From NCBI GenBank assembly GCA_964016885.1, contig OZ024746.1, positions 31,124,001 through 31,188,000 on the forward strand: a stretch of DNA of 64,000 bases, given 5' to 3'. Shown here in pieces: positions 10,931-23,091 of this stretch (position 1 is the first letter of the stretch; the number at the start of each line of letters is the position of its first letter). The DNA comes from Eledone cirrhosa. Taxonomy: Eukaryota. The notes below the pieces were generated by a model. That model ran no database searches. It was not told the DNA's origin and was given only the letters and a program-made list of their open reading frames with translations. Both the position numbers and the translations under genes were made by a program.

Positions 10931-11370
10931 GTTGTTGGTGGTGGTGATGGTGGTGGTAGTTGTGGTGGTGATGGTGGTGTTTGTGATGGTGACGGTGGTG
11001 GTAGATGAGGAGAGATAACAAGGGAAAGAGACATTGCAAGAGAGAGAGGGAGAAATTTAGATAAGAAAATAGGGAGAGAGATAAAAATTGAAAGATAGAG
11101 AGAGAGGAGAGAGATAAAGATAGAGAGAGTGGAATTAAAAATGACATATATATAGATATCTTTCTTCCTTTCATCTCCTCAGTTGTAATTGCCTCCCTCC
11201 CTCTCTCCCCAACACCTATACTAACCACTACACCCAGTCTTTCCTCCACACAATGTCATCCCTCAGTGAACCTACAACCCTTTACACCCAACACCAACAA
11301 CATCCATATCTCAAACCTGCGAAAACCAGTGAAGGTTATAGGCTCTGTCCCTTCCTTCAGACATAACAAA

Positions 11371-11580
11371 TACCATATATACTTGAATATAAGCTGACCC
11401 CCACTATTTTATGTCTGAGAAATGGGCAAAAATCCAAACCTTATTTCCATAGAATTTGAAGCTGGTGAAAAATCAAAATATTGACCCCGAATATAAACCA
11501 ACCTCCTTCATCATCATCATCATCATCATCATTTTACCATCAATTTTTTTTGTCACATATTCTTCGCCTTATATACAGTA
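11371..11580. mobile_element. degenerate Tc/pogo-like MITE
   Basis: Starts TACCATATATACTTGAATATAAGCTGACCC, has an internal repeat of CCGAATATAAAC, ends CGCCTTATATACAGTA. Confidence 0.4.
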
Positions 11581-11924
11581 ATTTAAAAAAAAAAAAAAAT
11601 AAAAAATAAACTGAATTAGAAAAAAAAAAAAAACTAAAGACCTCAAACACAGATGAAATGAGAAGAAATTTCACCTGTGTTTGTAAAAAGTGTAATAGAT
11701 TGATTTAAAAAGAACTAAAATGAACTCAAACAACCTGAAATGAACTCAGATGGGGTTTTTTCCAAGAATTGGTAAATCAAGAACAACAACAATGGAATCA
11801 GTGAATTGATTAATATTAACAGTTTCAAATAAGAAAATTAAAATATCTCCTGATTCACTGGACTTATTCTGTGTATATATGTACGTTAAAATTATGTGTT
11901 AAAATTAGGGTTTGGCTTCATCAG

Positions 11925-12170
11925 GGTTTAAAATTGGGGTTTAGAATTAGGGTTTAGAGTGAAGGTTTAGAGACGGTTTAGAGACGGGGTTTAGAGACGG
12001 GGTTTAGAGTCGGGGTTTAGAGACAGGGTTTAGAGTCGGGATTTAGAGACAGGGTTTAGAGTCGGGATTTAGAGACAGGGTTTAGAGTCGGGATTTAGAG
12101 ACAGGGTTTAGAGACAGGGTTTAGAGTCAGGATTTAGAATTAAAGTTAATGTTAAAGTTAGGGTTAGGAT
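11925..12170. repeat. 12-bp minisatellite (GGGTTTAGAGAC variants), telomere-like
   Basis: Direct reading. Confidence 0.9.
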
Positions 12171-12622
12171 ACGAAGTGTAAGTTGTACTTTGTTTAATGA
12201 AACTAAATTAACAGACTACCATCCATAATTTCCAGCATACTAATAAGAAAGGATTACTTTGAACTCAACTGAACTAAATTGAAAACAAAAACAACACTTT
12301 AAAAAAACATAATAGGAAGATATTTCAGTGTATTTGTAGTTAAATAGACTGAATTGAAATAAAATGAACTGAACTGAACTGAAAAATAAAGAAGAAACAA
12401 GATATTCAGTGTATTTGTAGTTAGATTAATTGAACTGGAATAAAGTGGATTGGAGAAAAAGTGAAAAGATTTCCAATAAATAACCTTACCAGGATATCTT
12501 TTTATAGAGAAAAATCCAAAGACTGTTTAAACAAGATCCATGTGGAGGAGGTAGTGTAAAATCCTTTGGAATACACAAAATAGGTGGTGAGTTTGGATGT
12601 TTGAATGTTTCTATGTCCGATA

Positions 12623-12654
<32 letters not shown>

Positions 12655-13255
12655 GGATATATAAATATTTTGTTGGGTGTCAGATATATGTACAAATGTT
12701 GTGTGTATATATATATATATGTACAAATGTTGTGTGTGTGTGAATGTATGTATGTATGTATGTATATATATATATGTATATATATGAATGTTGGAAATAT
12801 CAAAATAAATAGTGTACTATCTTTGGAGCAACAGCAGCAACAACGACAATAACAATATATTAGATCAGCTGGATCAGCAATAATTATCCAGAAAGTCCTT
12901 GACACAAATTGAAGACAGCTATGTACAGTTATGGAAGGACCTTAATAGGAAGAAGAAACAACTAGAGAATGTCTAATCTCTTTGGGTCATGGTTTGGTTC
13001 TGTTCTGATGGAAAATCTTGTTATACTGGTCACAACATCAATACTATGTAACAACAATAATCATAATGATAATAAATATAGAGGCTTGCCCTCTTATGGT
13101 GATCTGATTTACTTTACTAAATGTCGAACAATTACATCAAGACAAGGGAAGTTGCCTTATCCTGTTTGTGTAAATTGTTACATATCTTCTTCTGTACACC
13201 AGAGTATTGTTCTAACTACTTATAGCTGTGTGTCTGTCACTAGATATATATAGGT

Positions 13256-13296
13256 GTGTGTGTGTGTGTGTGTGTGTCTGTGTCTATATTTATATA

Positions 13297-13376
<80 letters not shown>

Positions 13377-13434
13377 TATATAGAGAGAGATGCAGAGAAT
13401 ATATATTTATGCACACATTTTATATATATATTAT

Positions 13435-13486
<52 letters not shown>

Positions 13487-13581
13487 TTTTATATATATAT
13501 ATATACACACATTTTATATATATATATATATGTACACACATTTTATATATATATATGTACACACATTTTATATATATATAT

Positions 13582-13619
<38 letters not shown>

Positions 13620-13788
13620 CATTATATATATATATACACATTTTATATATATATATATATACACATTTTATATATATATATACACATTTTATATATATAT
13701 ATATATATATACACATTTTATATATATATATATATATATACACACACATTTTATATATATATATACACACATTTTATATATATATATT
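13256..13788. repeat. (GT)n/(TA)n tract and CACACATTT(TA)n composite minisatellite
   Basis: Direct reading; same unit recurs at ~14150-14295. Confidence 0.9.
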
Positions 13789-14142
13789 TGGGTACTCCCA
13801 AAAATTCTTATTTAGATAAAATAAGCCATATACTAATTGTATTCTCATTAGAAACCTTCTATATACTTGTTTACCAGTAAATTAAATTGCCATCTGTCAT
13901 ATACTATCCCCTCTCTTCTTCCTTTCTTACAACTAATATAAATTCTTCAATTTTTCTGATTTTTTCCAATTTATCCAATATCTCTGAAGAAATGACAACT
14001 GATTATACATTTGCTATCGAATACTTGCTAATATTATATGATTATGCAAGCAGTGATACATAGGTATTCCGTCTGTTACAGAATCATATGTCAATACCTA
14101 ATAACTTCCTTTATAAAAGCACTTTCATTTTATATTCATCTT

Positions 14143-14184
<42 letters not shown>

Positions 14185-14191
14185 TTTATAT

Positions 14192-14223
<32 letters not shown>

Positions 14224-14226
14224 GAT

Positions 14227-14295
<69 letters not shown>

Positions 14296-14329
14296 ACAAA
14301 GTGCAGGGCAATTTATATATATATGTATA

Positions 14330-15007
14330 ACAAAGTGCAGGGCAATAAAGATAGACGGTAGCCACGGAATAGGCAGACCTAGAAAAACCTGGGACGAGCT
14401 GATAAACTCCGACCTCACACACTTACACCTCTCCAAGACAATGTCACTGGACCGAGACCTTTGGCGGTACTCAGTAACAGAGAAGACCCGCCTTACCTAA
14501 ATATATAGTAAAACCTACTCCAGCCAGTAGGCATCTCTAACAAAATACACCCCGTCCCACCACCACCACCCCCACCCCATCCACACCACCCCGTTCTATG
14601 TAAAGTTATGTTGGTGCCGCGTCATCCAGGCCGAAACAAATGAGATCGTGTAGGTGTCACGACAAAAAAACACACAGTCCACGCTGTAATGTGGCCGTGT
14701 AGGCAACACGGTAAAAACCTCCCAGACCCACACTGTAAATGTGGTTGGTGTTAGGAAGGGCATCCAGCTGTAGAAAACCCGCCAGACAGTCCACGCTGTA
14801 ATGTGGCCGTGTAGGCAACACGGTAAAAACCTCCCAGACCCACACTGTAAATGTGGTTGGTGTTAGGAAGGGCATCCAACTGTAGAAAACCTGCCAGACA
14901 GTCCTATGCGAGCAAGACAATCACTCTTGCCTCAAGTGGGACTACCCCCGTCCAAACCCATGCAAGCGTGGAACACGGACGTTAAACGTTGATGATGATG
15001 ATGATGA
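14330..15007 (+). mobile_element. RTE LINE 3' end with 112-bp internal tandem duplication
   Basis: KCRAIKIDGSHGIGRPRKTWDELINSD...; segment starting ACAGTCCACGCTG at both 14674 and 14786; (GAT)n tail. Confidence 0.92.
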
Positions 15008-15392
15008 TATATATATTTATATACACACATTTTATATATATATATACATACACATATATATATATATATACATACACACATATATATATATATACATACA
15101 CACATATATATATATACACATATATATAAACACACACACATATATATATCATCATCATCATCATCCATCCGCTTTTCCCTGCTTATATATACACACACAC
15201 ACATATATATATATATGTATGGTGATGTTCTAAATATAGTTGGACTGTTGACACCATCTACCAGGAATTTCCTCTCAAAATCCGTTTACACACGCACGCA
15301 CACACACACACGCACGCACACACACACACACACACATACGTACATACATACATATGATAGCTTAATGATGCAACCATCATATACAGTATATG

Positions 15393-15394
<2 letters not shown>

Positions 15395-15425
<31 letters not shown>

Positions 15426-16524
15426 TGTATGTATGTATGTATGTATGCGTATATGTGTCTGTATGTATGTATATTTGTCTATATGTATGTTTGTATATGT
15501 ATGCATGTATATTTGTCTATATGTATGTTTGTCTGTATGTATGTATATTTGTCTATATGTATGTTTGTCTGTATGTATGTTTGTCTGTATGTATGTATAT
15601 TTGTCTATATGTATGTTTGTCTGTATGTATGTTTGTCTGTATGTATGTATATTTGTCTATATGTATGTTTGTCTGTATGTATGTATGTATATTTGTCTAT
15701 ATGTATATTTGTCTGTATGTATATATATTTGTCTATATGTATGTTTGTCTGTATGTATGTATATTTGTCTATATGTATGTTTGTCTGTATGTATGTATAT
15801 TTGTCTATATGTATGCCTGTATGTTTGTATGTATATTTGTCTATATGTATGTTTGTGTGTATGTATGTATATTTGTCTATATGTATGTTTGTCTGTATGT
15901 ATGTATATTTGTGTATATGTATGTTTGTCTGTATGTATGTATATTTGTCTATATGCATGTTTGTCTGTATGTATGTATATTTGTCTATATGTATATTTGT
16001 CTGTATGTATATATATTTGTCTATATGTATGTCTGTATGTATGTATATTTGTCTATATGTATGTTTGTCTGTATGTATGTATATTTGTCTATATGTATGT
16101 TTGTCTGTATGTATGTATATTTGTCTATATGTATGTTTGTCTGTATGTATGTATATTTGTCTATATGTATGTCTGTATGTATGTATATTTGTCTATATGT
16201 ATGTTTGTCTGTATGTATGTATATTTGTCTATATGTATGTTTGTCTGTATGTATGTATATTTGTCTATATGTATGTTTGTCTGTATGTATGTATATTTGT
16301 CTATATGTATGTATGTATGTATGTATATTTGTCTGTATGTATGTATATTTGTCTATATGTATGTTTGTCTGTATGTATGTATATTTGTCTATATGTATGT
16401 TTGTTTGTCTGTATGTATGTATATTTGTCTATATGTATGTTTGTCTGTATGTATGTATATTTGTCTATATGTATGTTTGTATATGTATGCATGTATGTAT
16501 GTATATGCATGTGTATGTATGTAT
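15395..16524. repeat. 36-bp minisatellite built from TGTA/TGTC tetramers
   Basis: Unit TGTATGTATGTATATTTGTCTATATGTATGTTTGTC. Confidence 0.95.
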
Positions 16525-16634
16525 GAAATTCCTGGTATATATGGTTTCAACAGTCCAACTATATTTACAAAATCACCTATTGTGGTATTTGATGTGGAGG
16601 ACATATATCACTACTGAACTGACCAACACCCTTC

Positions 16635-17200
16635 TCCCTGATATACCACTGGTATGTTGTTTACCAACCTTAATAACCACCAACATACTGCTGGTGTAAT
16701 GTGTTACCAAGACGTAATGACCACTATGACTTCCCCCAATATACCACTGGTATGTTGTTTACCAACCTTAATAACCACCAACATACTGCTGGTGTAATGT
16801 GTTACCAAGACATAATGACCACTATCACTTCCCCCAATATACCACTGGTGTGTTGTTTATCAACCTTAATAACCACCAACATACTGCTGGTGTAATGTGT
16901 TACCAAGACGTAATGACCACTATGACTTCCCCCAATATACCACTGGTATGTTGTTTATCAAAACTTAATAACCACCAACATACTGCTGGTGTAATGTGTT
17001 ACCAAGACATAATGACCACTATCACTTCCCCCAATATACCACTGGTATGTTGTTTATCAAAACTTAATAACCACCAACATACTGCTGGTGTAATGTGTTA
17101 CCAAGACATAATGACCACTATCACTTCCCCCAATATACCACTGGTATGTTGTTTATCAAAACTTAATAACCACCAACATACAGCTGAAGTAATGTTTAGC
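16635..17200. repeat. 98-99-bp minisatellite, ~5.7 copies
   Basis: ATACCACTGG recurs at 16643, 16741, 16839, 16937, 17036, 17135. Confidence 0.95.
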
Positions 17201-17344
17201 AAAACATAAGATCACATGTAAGCAAGACCTATATAGGAAGTCAGTGACCCCACTTCAGTACTGACTCAGTCTGTGAAGACCCGCCCAACCCTTGCTAGCA
17301 AAGAAAGTGGATATTAAATGATGATAATGATGATTATATATACA

Positions 17345-17445
17345 CAGGGTGTCCCCAAAAAATGTATACACACTTTGATTACCTATACACTCAATATTCA
17401 TTAGAATGCTGTTGGAGTGTGTATACATTTATTTGCGACACTCTG
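17345..17445. mobile_element. Tc1/mariner-type MITE (~100 bp)
   Basis: TIRs CAGGGTGTCCCCAAAAAATGTATACACACT / AGTGTGTATACATTTATTTGCGACACTCTG; TA at the right flank. Confidence 0.85.
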
Positions 17446-17716
17446 TATATATCTGCATGGTGTGTATATAAGCACCATGAATGACAGGCGCAGCTGTTCC
17501 TAATCAGTCTATAATACAGAACTTACCAATAGTCTGACAATTTATGATATGCAATTATCATTACCTATGAGCCATTATCTCCATTAGGATTAACATATAT
17601 AATGTACACTCTGGGATATTGTTTTGTTTGTTCTCATGTTCAAATCTTGTATCTCATAGAGTATGTAATGGACCAGCCAGGGCTATTTGGACCCTTCTTC
17701 CAATAGCTTCGTAAAC

Positions 17717-17722
<6 letters not shown>

Positions 17723-17806
<84 letters not shown>
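17723..17806. repeat. (GA)n microsatellite
   Basis: Direct reading. Confidence 0.95.
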
Positions 17807-17809
<3 letters not shown>

Positions 17810-17980
17810 CTGGGTTCAATCGGGGGTAAACACAGTAAGGTACTTAATACATTAGTAGAGTGTATACAACAAATTTAATATAGAAATGGCTTTTACAGGA
17901 CTAGAACTGTTTCCTGATGATTTACTGCAAATGAAACAGTTCTAGTCCTGTAGAAGCCATTTCTATATTAAATTTGTTAT
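17806..17980. mobile_element. Penelope-like pLTR remnant with inverted duplication and hammerhead core
   Basis: 46-bp arms 17868-17913 / 17933-17978 flank CTGATGA...; GAAAC at 17933 and GTC at 17945; same family at ~18112-18135 and 22876-22966. Confidence 0.65.
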
Positions 17981-18131
17981 ATATATATATCTTGTCTGTG
18001 AATGCATAGGTGGAACAAGACTCACTACTTAGCCATAATAAATGAATATTTAAATTCTGTTTCAGTATTGGGTACTCTTTTCTCTTGCCTGTCAAGTACA
18101 TATATATATGTGTTCTAGTCCTGTAGAAGCC

Positions 18132-18184
<53 letters not shown>

Positions 18185-18524
18185 TACAATTGGAAGGTTA
18201 GCAAAATCTAAGTTGTGGCAGTCAGCCAACATCCATGACAGAACAAAAATTCGGATTTGCACGAGGCACTCAATAGGAATGTATCAATAAATCGATAGAT
18301 TACACCTTAGAGTAATAAACATACGTTAAATAGTGTGACAAATTGAAAACTGTGGTTAAGGGGACAAAGCCACAAAAGCCACCACAACAACGAAAATACA
18401 ATCAGGTTATACAGGACATGACAACTTCCCTAGTGTTGGTACCTTGTAAAATGCATTTGGTAGAGTACAGGTTCATATGTTGGGCCCCTGCACCACCTGG
18501 AGGTCAGTGGCTCCACTTGAATAT

Positions 18525-18854
18525 TGACCACTATGTGATGGCATGTCCAACCCTTGCTAGCAGAGAATGGACACTAATGATGATGGTGCTAATGATGATG
18601 GTGCTAATGATGATGTTGATGATGACAATGATGACGATGATGGTGATGATGATGATGTTGATGATGATGATGTTGATGATGAAGATGATGATGATGATGA
18701 TGATGTTGATGATGAAGATGATGATGATGACAGTGGTGATGATGACAATGATGATGATGATAATGACGATAATGATAATGATGATGATGACAATGACGAT
18801 AATGATAATGATGATGATAATGACGATGATGATAATGACGATGATGATAATGAC

Positions 18855-18887
<33 letters not shown>

Positions 18888-18984
18888 AATGATGATGATA
18901 ATGATGATGATGATAATGATGATGATAATGATGATGATGATAATGATGATGATGATGATGATGATGATAATGATGATGATGATA
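18525..18984 (+). repeat. RTE/SINE tail followed by expanded (GAT/AAT/GAC)n array
   Basis: CCAACCCTTGCTAGCAGAGAATGGAC tail, then ~400 bp of GAT-like triplets. Confidence 0.9.
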
Positions 18985-19487
18985 AAATACCTCATTTGAA
19001 TTGTCTCAGAAGCTACCATGCTGGTATAACTGCCTCCATTCAACAATCTATCATGCATATTTGTGTGTATGTGTGTGGTGTGTGTGCTGTGTGTGTGTAT
19101 GTGTGTGTGGTGGTGGGGAGGGGGGGGGGTCTGTGTATGTGTGTGGTGTGTGTATGTGTATGTGTGTGGTGTATGTGTGTGTGTGTGGTGTTTGTGTGTG
19201 TATGTGTATGTGTGTGTATGTGTGTGTGGTGTGTATGAGTGTGGGGTGTATGTCTATATGAGTGTGTGATGTGTGTTGCATATGTATTCAATGGATGCAA
19301 TAGTTTTTCCCTTTGTATTTTGTTTTATAAATAAATAAATATATAGATGGATATATATATATATAGATGGATATATATCATCATCATCATCATCATCGTT
19401 TAACGTCCGTGATATCCATCTATATATTATATAGAATATGTTATAGAATACTATTAGCTTCTTGCTAAAACAATTTCTATACCTTTC

Positions 19488-19533
<46 letters not shown>

Positions 19534-19672
19534 GAAGAGAGAGAGGGGGAGAGAGTATAGATAGATGGATGGATATGTATATATATATATATATATACAG
19601 AGAGAGAGAGAGAGGGGGGGATAGATAGATAGATAGATGGATATATATATATATATACAGAAAGAGAGAGAG

Positions 19673-19728
<56 letters not shown>

Positions 19729-19740
19729 AAGAGAGAGAGG

Positions 19741-19780
<40 letters not shown>

Positions 19781-19796
19781 CAGAGAGAGAGGGATA

Positions 19797-20604
19797 TATC
19801 ATCATCATCTTCGTTTAACGTCCATCTTCCACGCTAGCATGAGTTAGACGGGAGTTGTCCCACTTGAGGCAAGGTTGGTCGGGTGACCGTGTCTCGCTCA
19901 TATAGGACTATCTGTCAGGTTTTCTACGGCTGGATGCCCTTCCTAACACCAACCACATTTACAGTGTGGAACTGGGAACTTTTTACCGTGTTACCTACAC
20001 GGCCACATTACAGCGTGGACTGTGTGTGTTTTTTGTCGTGACACCTACACGATCTCGATCTCATTATCTCGTGCTGTTGGTGGGAGTGGGAGGATATGGT
20101 AGGGGTAGTGGATTAGGGTGTATATTTGGTTAAGAGGTGCCTACTAACTGTAGGTTTCGCTTTGTACATAGGCAAGGTGGGTCTTCTGTATTACTGCGTA
20201 GCGCCAAAGATCTCGGTCCAGAGACATTGTCTTAGAGAGATGTAAGTGTGTAAGGTCAGAATTTATCAGATCGTCCCACATTTTTCCGGGTCTACCTACT
20301 CCGTAACTTCCATCAATTTTGATCGCCCTGCACTTTTTTATGCAGCTGTCGTCTTTCATGCGCATCACGTGACCATACCAACGTAGTCTTCTCTCAAGTA
20401 AACACCATCTGATCCCTCTTATTCCTAATTTCTCACTTAGCTCATCTATGCTTTGTCGCTCACGTATATTACTATTACACATCCAACGGAGCATTCATGC
20501 TTCATTCCTTTCCAGTCTGCGCAGGTCCTCTGCACGTAATGCCCATGTCTCACTGCCATGTAGCATTGCTGTCCATATGCAGGCATCATACAGCCTGCCT
20601 TTCA
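19797..20604 (-). mobile_element. RTE LINE 3' end (longest copy in the window), pseudogenised
   Basis: [41 protein letters not shown]...RRLRWYGHVMRM...GRPGKMWDD; in-frame stop; 3'UTR and (GAT)n tail. Confidence 0.93.
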
Positions 20605-20827
20605 TATATATATATATATATACAGAAAGAAAGAGAGGGGGAGAGAGAGAGTGAAAATAACAATGATGGAAGCAGATAAACACACCACACACACACCATC
20701 ACAGACACAGATATTTATATATTTATATTATCATCATCATCACCATCATCATTTAATGTCCATACATATTCATTCATATGAATATATGCTATTCCAGGCA
20801 TTCACACATTTTCTTCTTATATATACT

Positions 20828-21350
<523 letters not shown>

Positions 21351-21524
21351 ATATAGTTGTTCTATGTGTATAAATATTTGCATTTGTTGGTATATACTTG
21401 GAGTGGGTATATATACACACACACACATATATATGTACATATATATATATATATATGTGTGTGTGTGCGTATAAGAAAATACAAAGGAAAAATACTGCAT
21501 CCATTGAATGAGATATTTGAGCAA

Positions 21525-21706
21525 GAATGATGATGGTCATGATAGTGAAATGGTAATGGTGGTGATGATGATGATGATGATGATGATGGTAATGATGATG
21601 GCTGTGATGGTGGTGATAATGATGGTGATGAAGGTAATGGTGAAGATGATGGTGCTGATGGTGATGATGAAGATGATGATGGTGATGATGATGGTGGTGA
21701 TGATGG
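21525..21706. repeat. (GAT/GGT)n trinucleotide tract
   Basis: Direct reading. Confidence 0.9.
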
Positions 21707-21774
21707 CAAATAAATCATGTATGTTGAAATGTTTATAGAAAGCAGATGTTGTAATGGTAGATGTAAAGATAGGT

Positions 21775-21849
<75 letters not shown>

Positions 21850-21872
21850 CTTCTATGGACATACTTTATAGT

Positions 21873-21904
<32 letters not shown>

Positions 21905-21996
21905 ATATATATATACATATATATATGCATATATATATATATATGCATATATATATATATATTATATATACATATATATATATATATTATATATAC

Positions 21997-22028
<32 letters not shown>

Positions 22029-22177
22029 GCATATATACATATATATATATGCATATATACATATATATATATATATGCATATATATATATATGTATATAT
22101 ATATATAGTCTGCCTTGTGTCATTTGCTTTGTTATTTCTGTTTACTTTTTACACACACACATATACATATATATACA

Positions 22178-22255
22178 CTGGGTGCCCCCCAAAAATGTAT
22201 ACACACTTTTATTTGAATGCTTTTGAAGTATGTATACATTTTTGGATACACCCTG
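22178..22255. mobile_element. Tc1/mariner-type MITE (~78 bp), same family as 17345-17445
   Basis: CTGGGTGCCCCCCAAAAATGTATACACACTT ... AAGTATGTATACATTTTTGGATACACCCTG|TA. Confidence 0.8.
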
Positions 22256-22805
22256 TATATACATACACACACACACCCTTTGTATATGGTCATGAGAATG
22301 AGTACTTAATGCTATAGTTGAGATTAATATATTCTTTATTAAAAGCAAATCTGAGTCTTGTTACTCTGGAGTTTCTCCTGTGTACTTACAAAGAGGAATC
22401 TCATGGGGATGGAGGGGGATTGGGGGGTAGGAGGGGGATGGAAGGAAGAGGATGGATTGAGGTGGGGTGGGGTGGGAGAATATGGGGGAGGAATTGAAGG
22501 GGTAGGGTGGGAGAAGGAAGAGGAGGAGTTAGGGGTGACTTCTGGTGAGATAGAAATAGCAATAGAGAGATATACTGAAAATGGGGGAAAAAAAGGAAGG
22601 TAAAGAAAAGGAAAAAGAAAACAAATATATATATATGTGTGTGTGTGTGTGCGTGCGTGCGTGTGTGTGTGTGTGTTAAGGGAGGGAGAAATAAAGAAGT
22701 AGAGATAGATATATAGGTATATAACTATCTGTGCCCAATCTACCATATATGTATGTGTATATGTATATATATATGCATATATATATATATATATATACAC
22801 ACACA

Positions 22806-22966
22806 TAAGTATATATAAACCTGTAGAGCAAATATTTATTATTAGTACAGATTAAAGTTTAAGCAAAGAATTTCTGTGGAAGCCATTTCTATATTAAATT
22901 TTGGTGTATACTCTACTAATGTATTGAGTACCTTACTGTGGTTACCCCCGATTGAACCCGGGACTT
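22806..22966. mobile_element. fused Penelope-like pLTR fragments
   Basis: First half matches 7788-7860; second half matches the 17806-17978 family. Confidence 0.55.
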
Positions 22967-23091
22967 ATATATATATATGATGTCTAATCCATGCTAGCGT
23001 GGAAGATAGACGATGATAGTTAAACGATGATGATGATGATGATGAGAGAGGTAAGTATAGTTAACAATCAGTACACCAGTCTCCAGCCACT

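Noticed and set aside
11925-12170. True telomere
   Set aside because: Internal position, short, and the unit is a 12-mer rather than pure TTAGGG
12820-12920. Possible 3' end of a restriction-endonuclease-type LINE (AGSAIIIQKVLDT)
   Set aside because: Match too short and degenerate to support
15215-16699. 494-aa YVCM-rich ORF and similar YI/CV/HT ORFs throughout
   Set aside because: Translations of di- and tetranucleotide microsatellites
18567-19238. Poly-Asp acidic (shell-matrix-like) protein
   Set aside because: Expanded (GAT)n retroposon tail; no signal peptide or splice support
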